This document shows, in pieces, positions 37,305 to 48,907 of a DNA stretch of 64,000 nt. How positions within the stretch are numbered: position 1 is the first letter of the stretch; every line of letters begins with the position of its first letter. Under the pieces are notes generated by a model. The model was not told the origin of the DNA. It saw only the letters and a program-made list of their open reading frames with translations, and did no database searches. This DNA comes from Negaprion brevirostris (Eukaryota): assembly GCA_030324005.1 (NCBI GenBank), contig JARDVH010000143.1:20277660-20341659 (forward strand), read 5' to 3'. The translations under genes and the position numbers were made by a program.

Positions 37305-37885
37305 GACGGTCTTTAAAAGAATGAGAGTGGACCTCATAGAAACACATAAAATCCTGATGGGACTGAACAGGCTAGATGCGGGAAGAATGTTCCCAATGTT
37401 GGGGAAGCCCAGAATGAAGGGTCATTGTCTAAGAATAAGGTGTTAGCCATTCAGGATTGAGATGAGGAAGAAATTCTTCACACAGAGAGTTGTAAACCTG
37501 TGTTATTCTCTACCACAGAAAGCTGTTGGGGCCATTTTGTTAGAAATGTTCAAGAAGGAGCAGAACATGACCCTTGTGGCTAAAGGGATCAAGGGGTATG
37601 GAAAGAAAGCAGGAGTGTGATACTGAAATGCATGATCAGCCATGATCATATTGAATGGTGGTCAAATGGCCTACTCCTGCACCTATTTTCCATGTTTCTA
37701 CTGGTTTGTGGAATTCTCATCCCCAGAGAACAGTGGAGGCTGGGTCAATGCATATATTCGAGGCTCAGACAGATTTTTGATGGTCAAGAGAGTCAAGGGT
37801 TATGGGGGGCTGATAGGTAGGGATATGATCAACGCAACTTGTGGGCCGAAGGGCCTGTTTGTGCTGTAGTCTTCTATGTTCTATT
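37305..37885 (+). mobile_element. CR1 LINE 3' ends (two adjacent)
   Basis: RMRVDLIETHKILMGLNRLDAGRMFP-like coding remnant. Tails ggcctactcctgcacctattttccatgtttcta and gggccgaagggcctg...ttctatgttcta. Confidence 0.8.
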
Positions 37886-38154
37886 GATTGAATACATCAA
37901 AATTTGATTCAATATTTTATCCCATGAATAGTTTGATTATGTTTCAGAGGCTAATATTGATAAAATGTGACAGATCGAATTTTATCATATTTCTACAACT
38001 GACTAGTCCATTAGCAGTCATTTGTTTTAGAGGAACATAATGGGTCTGTTGCAAGCTGTTCAGCAGTTGAATAGCAGAAAATTTTGGGTTCTCAAGGCTG
38101 ACTTGGTGCGATATTCAATTGGCTTGGAAATGGCTACTCAGCGTGTCTGGCAAA

Positions 38155-38445
38155 GAGATTGGGTGACTGTCTGTGTGGAATTTGCACATTCTCCCCATGT
38201 CTGAATGGGCTTTCTCTGGATTCTCTGGTTTCCCCCCACAATCCAAAGATATGCCGGTTAGGTGAATTGGCCATGCTAAGTTGCTCCCTTTTGTCCAATG
38301 ATATGTAGGTTAAGTGGATTAGCCATCGTAAATGCTTAAGTTTACAGGAATAAGGCAGATGGGAAGGCCAGGATGGGATGCTTTTACAGAGAATTGATGC
38401 ATTCAATGGGCCAAATGGCCTCTTTCTGCACTGTAGGGATTCTAT
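38155..38445 (+). mobile_element. HE1-like SINE, CR1-type tail (5'-truncated)
   Basis: gggtgactgtctgtgtgg...ggcctctttctgcactgtagggattcta. Confidence 0.8.
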
Positions 38446-38719
38446 TGTCAATTTATGAAAGTCAGGGTCTTTCATTGTAATCGTGTGAATAATCATGGTC
38501 CTTAAAAGAATCAGTACAAACATGTTCTGAAGTAATTTTACAGGAAATTTTCTGGTTGCTCCTGGCCTCAGAAAAAACACAAAGACGTATGGCTAGAAAC
38601 TGAGTAACCCCATCTCAATTTTAGCGCCAGCTCCTGGTTTAGCTTGTCTAATTCCCTGATGCCTGGTTTGGTGGTCTGCCTACCAACTCTCATTCAACTG
38701 TATATTAAATGTGTTTAAA

Positions 38720-39018
38720 TTATTTATTTATTTATTAGTGTCACAGATAGGCCTACATTAACACTGCAATGAAGTTACTGTGAAAATTCCTTCACCATCA
38801 CATTCTAGCGCCTGTTCGGGTACATGAGGGAGAATTTAGCATGTCAATGCAGCTCACCAGCACACTTTTGGACTGTGGGAAGAAACCGGAGCGCCCAGAG
38901 GAAACCCATGCAGACACAAAGAGGACAAGCAGACTCCGCATAGACAGTGACTCAAGCTGAGAATCGAACCCGGGTTCCTCACACTGTGAAGCAGCAGTGC
39001 TAACCCCCGTGCCACCAT
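38720..39018 (-). mobile_element. HE1-like SINE, alternative tail
   Basis: tttattagtgtcacag...cattaacactgcaatgaagttactgtgaaaat...gcagtgctaacc. Confidence 0.85.
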
Positions 39019-39083
39019 AATTGTAGGCAAATGATGAACATTAACTCAGAATTAATGTGTTCCCTTTTAAATAATTTTACCCG

Positions 39084-39330
39084 ATGTGTAGGGGGCTGGG
39101 AAGGAATGAGGATCTCCTTCTAAGTCTGCTGCTAGGCCTTGCCAAACTGGCCAATTACAGGTCCAGTGAGTGGACTATTCCCTGTCTACCCTTCCATATC
39201 TATGTTGGCGACCAGATGCCCATGAAAAGAGAGCACGCAGTGTCCACCTGCCACTGGAAACCTTCCATACAGCCTCCAAGGCAGGGAATGTGGGATAATT
39301 TAATTAGCAGGGTAGGATATTTCAACTTTT
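39084..39330 (+). mobile_element. Tx1/L1-like ORF2 C-terminal fragment
   Basis: EDLLLSLLLGLAKLANYRS...CLPF...KREHAVST resembles the Tx1 ORF2 C-terminus. Confidence 0.55.
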
Positions 39331-39990
39331 GATAGCAGGTTGAAATGCATGTGTGTCAAGCATTATGTCGGGTTCCTATTTGTAAGATATTTACATGTCA
39401 GGAATTCTATTTGCACAACTTAAAAAAAAATTACATCCCATCTCAAAATGAAGTCAATGGTGCATGAGAATCTCCTGGTAGCCAGTTCATGATGGTTCAG
39501 CCAGCTGAATTGAAAGCAGTTGTGCCTGAGGTCAGCAGCTTTCCTTATTTAACTCTACGGCACAAATGAGGGCAGCAGAAGAAATACAGCTTGCATGGAG
39601 GCTCGCTACTGGCCAGGGTGAGTCAGTGGTGAAGGAGAATCTTGAGTGTTGGGTCAGGGTCATGGAGGAGTGGAAGAGGGAAGGGAACTGGTGTTCTGGT
39701 GTAGGGGAGGGGGATAGGTGGGCATGCAGACAGTCAGTCAAGGTAAGAAATGAGAGGCCGAAAGAGTGGTGCCCAACTGTGTGTCCATCTTGGGCTGTGA
39801 CTAGCAGAGTCCTTACTTTGTGTTCACCTATAACACTTTGATCACCCTCACTGAAATTGCTCTCGGCCAATGTCCTTTAAAATGCATGGGNNNNNNNNNN
39901 NNNNNNNNNNNNNNNNNNNNNNNNNNNNNNNNNNNNNNNNNNNNNNNNNNNNNNNNNNNNNNNNNNNNNNNNNNNNNNNNNNNNNNNNNN

Positions 39991-40220
39991 TTGTTCTGTA
40001 ACTCTCCCCAACGCCCTACCATTAACTGAGTAAGTCCTGCCCTGGTTCAATATACCAAAATGCATTACCTCATATTTGTCTAAATTAAACTCCATCTGCC
40101 ATTCGCCAGCCCACTAGCCCAATTGACCAAGATCCCATTGCAATTGGAGATAACTTTCTTCACTATCCACTCTGCCACCAATCTTGGTGTCATCTGCAAA
40201 CTTACTAACCATGCCTCCTG
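39991..40220 (-). mobile_element. CR1 RT fragment
   Basis: KFADDTKIG on the minus strand and MEFNLDKYEVMHFG. Confidence 0.8.
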
Positions 40221-40477
40221 TATGCTAATACATGTGACAATAATAAATCAAACAGAGGTCATTTAGCCATAATTAAAAGATACTGAGACTGAAGAAGATC
40301 TGACTTAATTGCTCGTAGCAAGTTTAGTTCATATCAAAGATGCTAGTAAAGCATTTTAACACCAGCCTATACATTTCAATGTACAAAGTAAGGAATACTA
40401 ATATGGGAATTAAATAATATCAACAGGTATACTTATTCACTGAATCAAAATCTTGTAATTCCCTTCCTAACCAGAAT

Positions 40478-40767
40478 GGTACAGTGGTTAGCTCATAGCA
40501 CCATGGAGTCAAATTTGATTCCTGGCTTGAGACACTACCTTTGCAGATTCTGCACATTCTCCCTGTGTCTACATGGGTTTCCTCCGCATCCTCCAGTTTC
40601 CTCCCACAATCCAAAAGACATGCTGGCTAGGTGCATTGGCCATGCTAAATTCTCTGTCAGTCTACCTGAACAGATGCAGGAGTGTGGCAACTAGGGAATT
40701 TTCACAATAACTTCATTGTAATGTTAATGTAAGCTTACTTGTGATACTAACACACAAATAAATAAAC
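40478..40767 (+). mobile_element. HE1-like SINE, alternative tail
   Basis: ggtacagtggttagc...ttttcacaataacttcattgtaatgttaatgtaagcttacttgtgatactaa...aaataaataaac. Confidence 0.85.
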
Positions 40768-41852
40768 ATGCCTGTTGGGGCACGAGTCTCAATGGCAGAC
40801 AACAGTCATGATGGTGCCTGCCGTTGCCTTGTACAAGAGAAGAGGCAAGAATCTGGGAGGTCAGAAACCTCAGCTAAGCCTGCCAGCAGTGCTATGTCAA
40901 ATCTCATAATGAATATCCTGATTGCAATTTTTTTCTGCTTTAAAGAATACATTTGCAGCTCCCTGCATTGAACTGCCAGCTGTAACATGCACCAAATTGT
41001 TCAGTTTGGCAATTTCAATTTGAAAATTGCCTCCTGGCCCCTTGGCTTCATTAATAACCTTGATATTTTCCTGCAATTGAAAATTCAGCCCTGGAGAACA
41101 ATTTCGCTCCACGCATTCTGTATATTCTCACTAAATCTACCATTTAGGTCACTGCTGGTGGGTTTAATATTACTCTGGCTCGCCTGCTGTACTTTAAAAA
41201 GATTATTAATGCAATTATATAAATTTGTGTTCCCTTGTTAAGAAATGTGTCCCTTGAAAGATTGCTTACCATGTCTACTGTGACTGCAAGAAACACATTA
41301 TTACTTCACAATTATTTTTGTCCTGAGCTTTTGTACAACATAAATACCACTGACAACAGTTCTGCCACTGCAAATAAGTCTGAAAAGGCTCCCCTGATGA
41401 TATAGTGGAATATAGGCCAGCTGAAATTATGTTAAGTCACACAGTTTAGGAAGTCATTTGCTGTACTCTGAGTTAGCTAGTTAGCTTGTTTGAAATTATG
41501 ATTGGTGTCCTATGTCTGTAGCTCTCCTTTTAGATCATTAACTTTGACTTAGCTGCAAGGACATGGTGTGGAATCAAGTCACAATTTCCTTTTTGCATGT
41601 ATAATTTTACGCAAGAAGAATTCGTTACTCCTCACAATTCTAGTCAGTTTGAATACATTGCAGAATTCTTTTTCAATGCAGCCCTCTTAAAAATGTACAA
41701 CCAACTTAGTGAATGCTGCTCGCACAGAACTTTGGCAGCAGACTTAACCTTAGCATTATTGGTCAAGTGTGTCAGTCTCTGCAAAAAAAAAGTTTCCTTC
41801 ACATTCTTAGTGCTGGTTCATATTTTCACTTTATATTGTCTTGCCCTGGCAG

Positions 41853-42013
41853 ATACATTGATGAACAACAGTTGTAATCCATTCCAGGGATCGGCAGAAA
41901 GTTCCAGTTTCCAGACATTACTAATAGATGAAGAAAGAGGCAAACTTCTAGTTGGAGCTAAAGATCTGATTTACATTTTGAATCTAGAAGACTTGAACAA
42001 GGAACCTAAGAAG
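41853..42013 (+). CDS. SEMA3D: SEMA3D-like coding exon 2 (161 nt)
   Basis: Pyrimidine tract plus cctggcAG acceptor. Encodes (D)[53 protein letters not shown], the start of the Sema domain (DEERGxLxxGAKD). Donor AAG|GTAAAT. Phase matches exon 1. Confidence 0.93.
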
Positions 42014-42081
42014 GTAAATAGCAACATAGAAGCCACATGTAGACATGATGCATCAAAATGTGAAAATTGCATATATATGTA

Positions 42082-42312
42082 AAGTTGCCATAATCAAAGT
42101 TGTCAAAGTCTCAGATGACAATAGGCTGCTCCCCCCTCTGAAGAGGAGAGCTGACTGGTGGTGATTTAACCTGAGGACCACCATACCTCAGGCAAGGGGC
42201 AAGGTTGAGAAGGCGGGGCCTTCTTTAGCTCCTGTAACAGCTAAATTCAGATGGTACAGGAATTAAACTCATGTTGTTGGTGTCACACAAACCAGTCATC
42301 CAACAAATTGAG
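42082..42312 (-). mobile_element. tRNA-derived SINE just downstream of exon 2
   Basis: aagttgccata...ggtggtgatttaacctgagg...ggaattaaactc...aattgagct. A related head lies on the + strand at ~58745-58840 (ggttagctcagttggttgg...ggattcaattcc). Confidence 0.55.
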
Positions 42313-43225
42313 CTTTTTTTCTCATTCGTTCATGGGACCTGGGCATCACTGACTGGCCAGCATTTATTGTCCACCTCTAGTCCCCCTTGAGAACGTTGTG
42401 ATGAGCTGTCTTCTCGAATCGCTGCATTCCATTCTCTGTGGGTTGACCCACAATGCTGTTAGGGAGGGAACTCCAGGATTTTGACCCAGTGACTGTGAAG
42501 GAATGCCAATATATTTCTAAGTCAGGATGGTGGGTGGCTTGGAGGGGAACTTGGTGGTGTTCCCATGTATCTGCAGATAAATCCGATTTGAAAAGAGAAA
42601 GTTGCTGGAGTCTAATGTGAAGAAACCTGGAGGAGCTGATTTTCATTTGTTTTACCTGACTTGAACATGAGAGCAACAACCTCAGAACAGGGACAGTAAC
42701 TTTACCACCCCACTACCACTGAGAAAAACATTAAATTAACAAACAAATTTCATTACAAACAGTGCAGTGTCCTTCCTGTAGGTCATTAGTCCATGACACA
42801 ATTAGTTATCTTATTGTGAAAAGCCTCACTGACATTCAGGATGAGTGTTCCCACTGACCTTTCCTCAAATATAATTGGGCTGACAGGATACATTCTGTGT
42901 GATATCTCGTGGCGTATAGTGTGCTGCATCATAATTCAGACTGCACCGCAATAACGACACTGCAAAGGAAGTCAGTATGTTACTGTGAACATCACAGCAC
43001 TGAAATACCAAAATCCTAGCAAGAAAGATTAAACCAACTGTGCAACCACCAGAAAATGTTTAATAAAAAAAAAGCTAGAAAGGGGAGGTTGGAACAGGAA
43101 CTTCAGGTTCAGATTAAATTTACAAATACTCCAGCTTCTCTACTTCTGTGCGATATGTCACCAAAAACTCACTGCCATGTCCACTACTAAGCTGCAGGGT
43201 TATTGATCATACTTTGTTCACCATT

Positions 43226-43570
43226 CATAGAATCAAAAATCCCTACTCTGCAGAAGGAGGCCATTTGGCTACTGAGTTATCACTGATTATCTGAAAGAGC
43301 ATCTTGCCCAGGACCACCCCACGGCCTGTTCGTGTAACCCCACACATTTATCCCACTAGCCCCCCTAACCTAGACATCTTTGGACACTAAAGAGCAATTT
43401 AGCATGGCCAATCTACCTAACCTGCACACCTTTGGATTGTGGGGGGAAACCAGAGCACCCGGAGGAAACCCATGCAGACATGGGAAGAACATGCAAACTC
43501 CACACAGTCACTCGAGGCTGGAATTGAACACTGGTGCCCTGAGGCAAATCACTGCACCACCGTACCACCC
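43226..43570 (-). mobile_element. HE1-like SINE, CR1-type tail
   Basis: catagaatc...gcagaaggaggccatttggc...ccagagcacccggaggaaaccc. Confidence 0.85.
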
Positions 43571-43839
43571 AATCCTGTTCAATTGTGCACCTTATTGGTA
43601 ATCTGGCAGTATGCCTAGCCCTGTTATTACTTGCATTCTGCCTCTCACAACATTCGGTTCAATCAATGGCATCAAAGATTGCCAGCTCTTTCCTGAGTTC
43701 AGAACTTAAAGGCCAGCAGGAGAAAAGTAGGAGAGGAGATAGAATTGTGGATTCAATTCCAAAACTGCTTTGCTGTTAAAAACTGACAGCCAATTTTAAT
43801 AGGCGTGAGGCGAGGGAGACTTTTAAACAGCATACTTTC

Positions 43840-44060
43840 AAAATAGAAAATACTAGAAATACTCAGCTGGTCAGGCAACATCTGTGGTGTGAAACGGAGT
43901 TCATTTTTTGAGTCCAATATGACCCTTTTGCAAGTTCAGAAGAAGAATTGTATTGGATTCAAAATACTAACTCTGTCTCTCCACGGATGCTGCCATACCT
44001 GCTGAGTATTTCCAACACTTTCTGTTTTTATTTCCAATCTCCTGTATTCACAGTATTTCA
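43840..44060. mobile_element. Older palindromic Penelope-like mini-element
   Basis: aaatactcagctggtcaggcaacatctgtgg is mirrored by ccacggatgctgccatacctgctgagtattt. Confidence 0.6.
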
Positions 44061-45031
44061 CGTTAAATTTCCTGGGGTGATTTTCCCTTATAGTTGCTAC
44101 TTAAAACTGTCATATTCCAACAAGGCGCTCAAAGCCTCTTTTAAGGCCCATCTGGAGCATTGGACAGCACTGGGCTGGGTCAAGTGTTGGGCCTTCTAAC
44201 AAGCAGGCAGGCAAAAAGGGTAAATGAAAGATGAAACTGTTTTAAGTTTGTGGAGACAGGAGGAGAATTAAAGCCTTCCTTAGCTCCATTCTGATGATTG
44301 CCACTGACCCACATTGGCCTCCCTCCCTTTATCATCTTCCCCGTCCCAACCCCTTCATTTTTTTTATTCATTTGTGGGACATGAGCATTTCTGGCTGCTC
44401 TTGGAGGACAGTTAAGAGTCAACCACATTGCTGCTGGTCTGGAACCACATGTGGCCAGATCAGGTAAGGACAGCAGGATTACCTTCCTTAAAGGACAGTA
44501 ATGAATCAGATGGGTTTTTCCAACAATTGTCAATGGTTTCATCATTATCAGTAGAGTCTTAATTCCAAGTATATTATATCAAATTAAAATTCTACTACCT
44601 GCCATTGCGGGATTTAAACCCAGATCCCCAGAACATTAGCTGACTTTCTGGATTAATAGTTTAGCGATAATATCACTAGGCCATCGTCTCCCCCTAAGAT
44701 TGGTTCCAGTGAATCAGGCAATACAACAATGGAGCTAAAAGGCAAGTTGCATTGGAAACGTGACAGGCACCAGCAGTTTGCCTGACATACTAAGATGAGG
44801 CCCAAGGAGTAATTTTGGGTAGGCCTTGGGTCACCTTTCCCTCCCTTCTCCCCACAATGCTCCCCAGACCCCACAATCTCCATGGTGAAAAAAAAACATT
44901 GAATCCAATCTGTCCAGTATACTGCTTTGCATAGTTTGACAACCAGCCAAAGGCTTGACAAGGAAAATTTGAAAATACCTCATCTAATTGTGTTTTTCTT
45001 TCCAATAGTTTTAATTCTTTTGTCTTGTCAG

Positions 45032-45091
45032 ATTTATTGGCCTGCAGCTAAGGAGAGAGTGGAACTGTGTAAACAGACTGGAAAAAAAGAA
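45032..45091 (+). CDS. SEMA3D: SEMA3D-like coding exon 3 (60 nt)
   Basis: Acceptor ttcttttgtcttgtcAG, donor GAA|GTAAGA. Encodes IYWPAAKERVELCKQTGKKE; IYWPAAKERVELCK is the sequence I recall for SEMA3D. Too short to appear in the ORF track. Confidence 0.92.
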
Positions 45092-45318
45092 GTAAGAAAT
45101 GCTTGACATTATTTTGTAATTTCCATATATTTTGCTTTAAAAAAGTAATTTTCACATTTGCTGTCATATTTAATCTGCATTGAACAAATTGGTGACATTC
45201 TACGATCTAAAAGCTTGCATTGCACAAGAACCTGCTGTGAAGAAAATGTCATTTCTCAAATATTACTGGGATACAGTGGTATTCTGTAATGGAGGGGGTT
45301 AGATGTATATATATGTAT

Positions 45319-45343
45319 GTGTGTGTGTGTGTGTGTGTGTGTG
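45319..45343. repeat. (GT)n microsatellite
   Basis: Direct observation. A shorter imperfect tract lies at ~21032-21052. Confidence 0.9.
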
Positions 45344-46658
45344 ACTAGTTTAATTAAACTAGGATTGAGTGTCTGTGGAATTGAGACCATCAAAGGGGCT
45401 ATGTGTGAAAAGTAGGCACTTGAAGTAAAGAGGACCAAGTTGGATATTCTACAATACAGCATGAGTAGAAGTTTGCATTCAGAGATAAGTGAGGATTTGG
45501 AATTTTAGTTGTTGCATTTCAAAGGAAAGTAAGAAGGAGTTTAAAACTTAACAAAGGTTATAATAAATGAGGCAAAATTATTCAGTTCTATTTTACCAAA
45601 AGTAATGGTCATTTGAAGAACATAAAAGTTTTTTGATATTATGGGATAAGTACATTTCAAAGAGAGATTAGAACATTGTTTGTAAAAACGAAAGAGGAGA
45701 ACATTTTTAAGGAAAGGTTGGGAGCTGTTCTGAGGGCACCCTGAAGTATGCTCTGTGCTCAAACAAATCTGTGACAAATGGCAGCGAGCATTTTGGAGCC
45801 TGTCAGTTGTTTTCTGAAAGCAGCGTTTTTCTCTAAAGCTTTTTGGAATTCCCCATAACTGTTGCCTTAAAGGATTGTTTATTTTTGAGTTTAATCAAGA
45901 AAGAATCTATAGGGGAAATATTCTTTAAGACTAACTTTTCACTGTGTAAGTGTGATCTTGTATGTTTAAGTTTTCTTTCCTTTTGTTGATAAATTTTTTA
46001 ATTCACTGTCTACAATCTTCAAAAGATGTTATGGAAATTGTGATTCTTGCCTTCAGTGCACATATCTTCTCATAATAAAATACAAACCGAAAATTGTGAT
46101 AGCTTGCCAAGTTTCCCCTTGGGACTCAGTTAGCCCAGCAAATACCCACTTCCATATCTAAACACTACAATTTTTAAAAGCATTTTAATGCTGAAGATAC
46201 CAGTGTGTTTTGCTACACTGTATATTAAAATGTTCTGATCACATGCTATAAATCATGTATTATTAGTTATAGCTGCTATTTTACTCCTAATCCAGATGAA
46301 TTTAGCTGAGGCTAGTGATACTCAAGCATCAAATGAAATTTAAATTTCTTAAGGCATTGTTGAAAGGCAGGTTTCTCAGGTGAATTCAGCAAGTGTACAG
46401 ATTTTTATAACCTCCCACAAGTCATCTATCAATTACAATGCTTAAAAGGTCTATCATTATGTAAATTAAAGAGTGATAATGAAACAATATGAGCACTTGA
46501 TTCAAAATTTAAACATTTGTTTTATGTAAAAAGAATGAAATCAGTATACTTCCGTGAAAATGTTATCATGTTGCCTTGCCGCAATGTTGAAGATTTGGAG
46601 TCTTCTTGGTGCCACTGTTGTGAACCCCCTAACAGTAGCACAGATAGCATAACCAACC

Positions 46659-46961
46659 CGGCCTTTTGGCTAAGATCAAGTGTAGTGTCGACATGCTGCG
46701 CTTGGTTGAAGTCATTAGGTTACATTTCAGCAATTTTTTCAAGCAGTATCTCGGTCTTTTGGCTAAGATGCAAATAAGATCAAGAATTGGAGGAGGAGCT
46801 ACACCTACGCCAATCAGCTTGGATCATGTAGATCAAGCCCAAGACAGGTGGTGAGAGCCCTGTCTTGTCAGCTTGGATCGGGAATGTCCCAACTTGTTGA
46901 GACTCTGAATTGGCTTTAATTTGACTAGATTGGAATGGAATAAAGTTTAAAAAAAAAGCAC
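46659..46961 (+). mobile_element. Retroposed element with U2 snRNA-derived segments (5'-truncated Tx1/Keno-like 3' end or SINEU-like element)
   Basis: 46659-46686 equals U2 nt 10-37 exactly. A second U2 piece lies at 46749-46769. AATAAA at 46939-46944, A9 at 46949-46957. Direct repeat taaccaacc at 46650-46658 and 46962-46970. Confidence 0.75.
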
Positions 46962-47194
46962 TAACCAACCGAGTTCCAATCCTCACCACCAACTGTAAGG
47001 AAAGTACAGTCCAATATGCAACTGAAAGGGGAGAAATAGGGGAAATAAGAATTCATCTTCTACCTTTAAAAATAACCATTTCCCATGTGCTCTTTTGAAT
47101 GAAAATTACTTGCAATGAGACAACTTAACAGTCTCTTTATTCTCACATCTAATATTTGTGATGATAATGTTACATTGCTTATTTTTTTAAGTGA

Positions 47195-47491
<297 letters not shown>

Positions 47492-48224
47492 TAGGTGCAA
47501 ATTTTTTTTAATGAATGTAATGACGATTTTGTTGAGGCTGGTTTTAAGCTTGGAGCAGAATAAGAATTTTCAATAATGAAGCTTCGCAGTAAACTATAAT
47601 TTCATCACCAACTGCAGGTTTCTCTATATCTACATGCCTCTGTATATTTTACAACTCAGAACGTCCACATAATAGTTTAGAACTAGAGAAGAGTATTACT
47701 ATTACCTAAAGGTGGTTCTGTGCGCTATACAGACTTGAAGTAATTATTTATTCAACCAACCTATTGCACAATTATCCACCAGGATTTTCCCAGCATAAAA
47801 TGTCAAAGCGTGAACCCCTATCATTCTGTCCCGTTTATCTGGATTGCAGCTTTTCCATTGCATTCCCGTTGGAGTTACAACAATAACAAGCTGGAAGGGC
47901 TGAAGAGTTTGTTCACATAAGCTTTATTTTGTTCCGTGTGTAATACTTGTCTTTATTGTAATGCCTGGCGCACAGCCGTATCAATTGGGGAAAGCCCTTT
48001 GAGAGCACAAGCCAACAGTGAAGTTTTGAAGGCAGGGGATGGTGCGTTGGAAAAATGTGGAAGCAATGCCAATGATTTTCTGTCCATCTGAAATCAATGG
48101 ATGGAAATCATTGGCAGTTCACCACTGATTTCCTAATAAGCTGCTGTGCCACTAGCGTGGATTTTTGGAAAACATTGCTTCACTTTTGGCAACACTCAGT
48201 TATCCACCAAGTTCCATTCTGCAC

Positions 48225-48907
48225 CAGCATGACTCATTCATGAGGACATATTTTGGAGGCGCTACCATTGTGCTATCAACATCCTGGGGTTCACCATTGA
48301 ATATAAGCTGAACTAGACTGGCATTATAAATACTGTGGCTACAAAAGTTAGAGGCTAGGAATCCTGCAGCGTGTAACTCATTCCCCAAAGACTGTTTACA
48401 AGACACAAGTCAGGAGTATGATCGGATGCTCGCCACTTGCCTGGATGAGTGCCGATCTAATGAAACTCATGAAGCTTGACACCATCCAGGATAAAATATC
48501 CTGCTTGAGTGGCACCCCTTCCACAAAATTTCACTCCCTCCACCACCGGCGAATAGTGGCAGCAGTGCATATCTTCTGCAAGATGCAATGCTATAACTCA
48601 CCAAGGCTTGTTAGCTAGCATCTTCCAAACCCATGGCCACTACCATCTAGAAGGACAAGGGCAGAAGACACATGGGAACACCACCATCTAGAAGATCCCC
48701 TCCAAGCCACTCACCATCCTGACATGGAAATATATCGCCGCTCTTAGTAGTCGCTGGGTCAAAATCCTGGAACTCCCACTCTGACAACTTTGTGAGCTGC
48801 AGCGGTTCAAGAAAGCAGCTCAACACTTCACAAGGGCAATCATGGATGGGCAATAAATGCTGACCTCGTCAGTGACACCCCCATCTGGGGTAAATGAATA
48901 AAAAAAT
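48225..48907 (+). mobile_element. CR1/L2-clade LINE 3' end with tail
   Basis: SPLAWMSA...KLDTIQDK...HSLHHRRIVAAVHIFCKM. Tail gatgggcaataaatgctg...aatgaataaaaaaa. Confidence 0.8.

Noticed and set aside
41597-42082. 161-aa ORF as a stand-alone gene
   Set aside because: Only 41853-42013 is semaphorin-like and bounded by splice sites; the rest is intron read-through. The same holds for ORFs 12802-13065 and 47195-47494.
45284-46163. Possible solo LTRs here and at ~25899-26300 (TG...CA ends)
   Set aside because: No TSD, partner LTR or internal sequence to support the call by eye.
46659-46850. Functional U2 snRNA gene
   Set aside because: Only nt 10-37 and shorter pieces are present. There is no Sm site or 3' stem-loops, and the TSD and poly(A) indicate retroposition.
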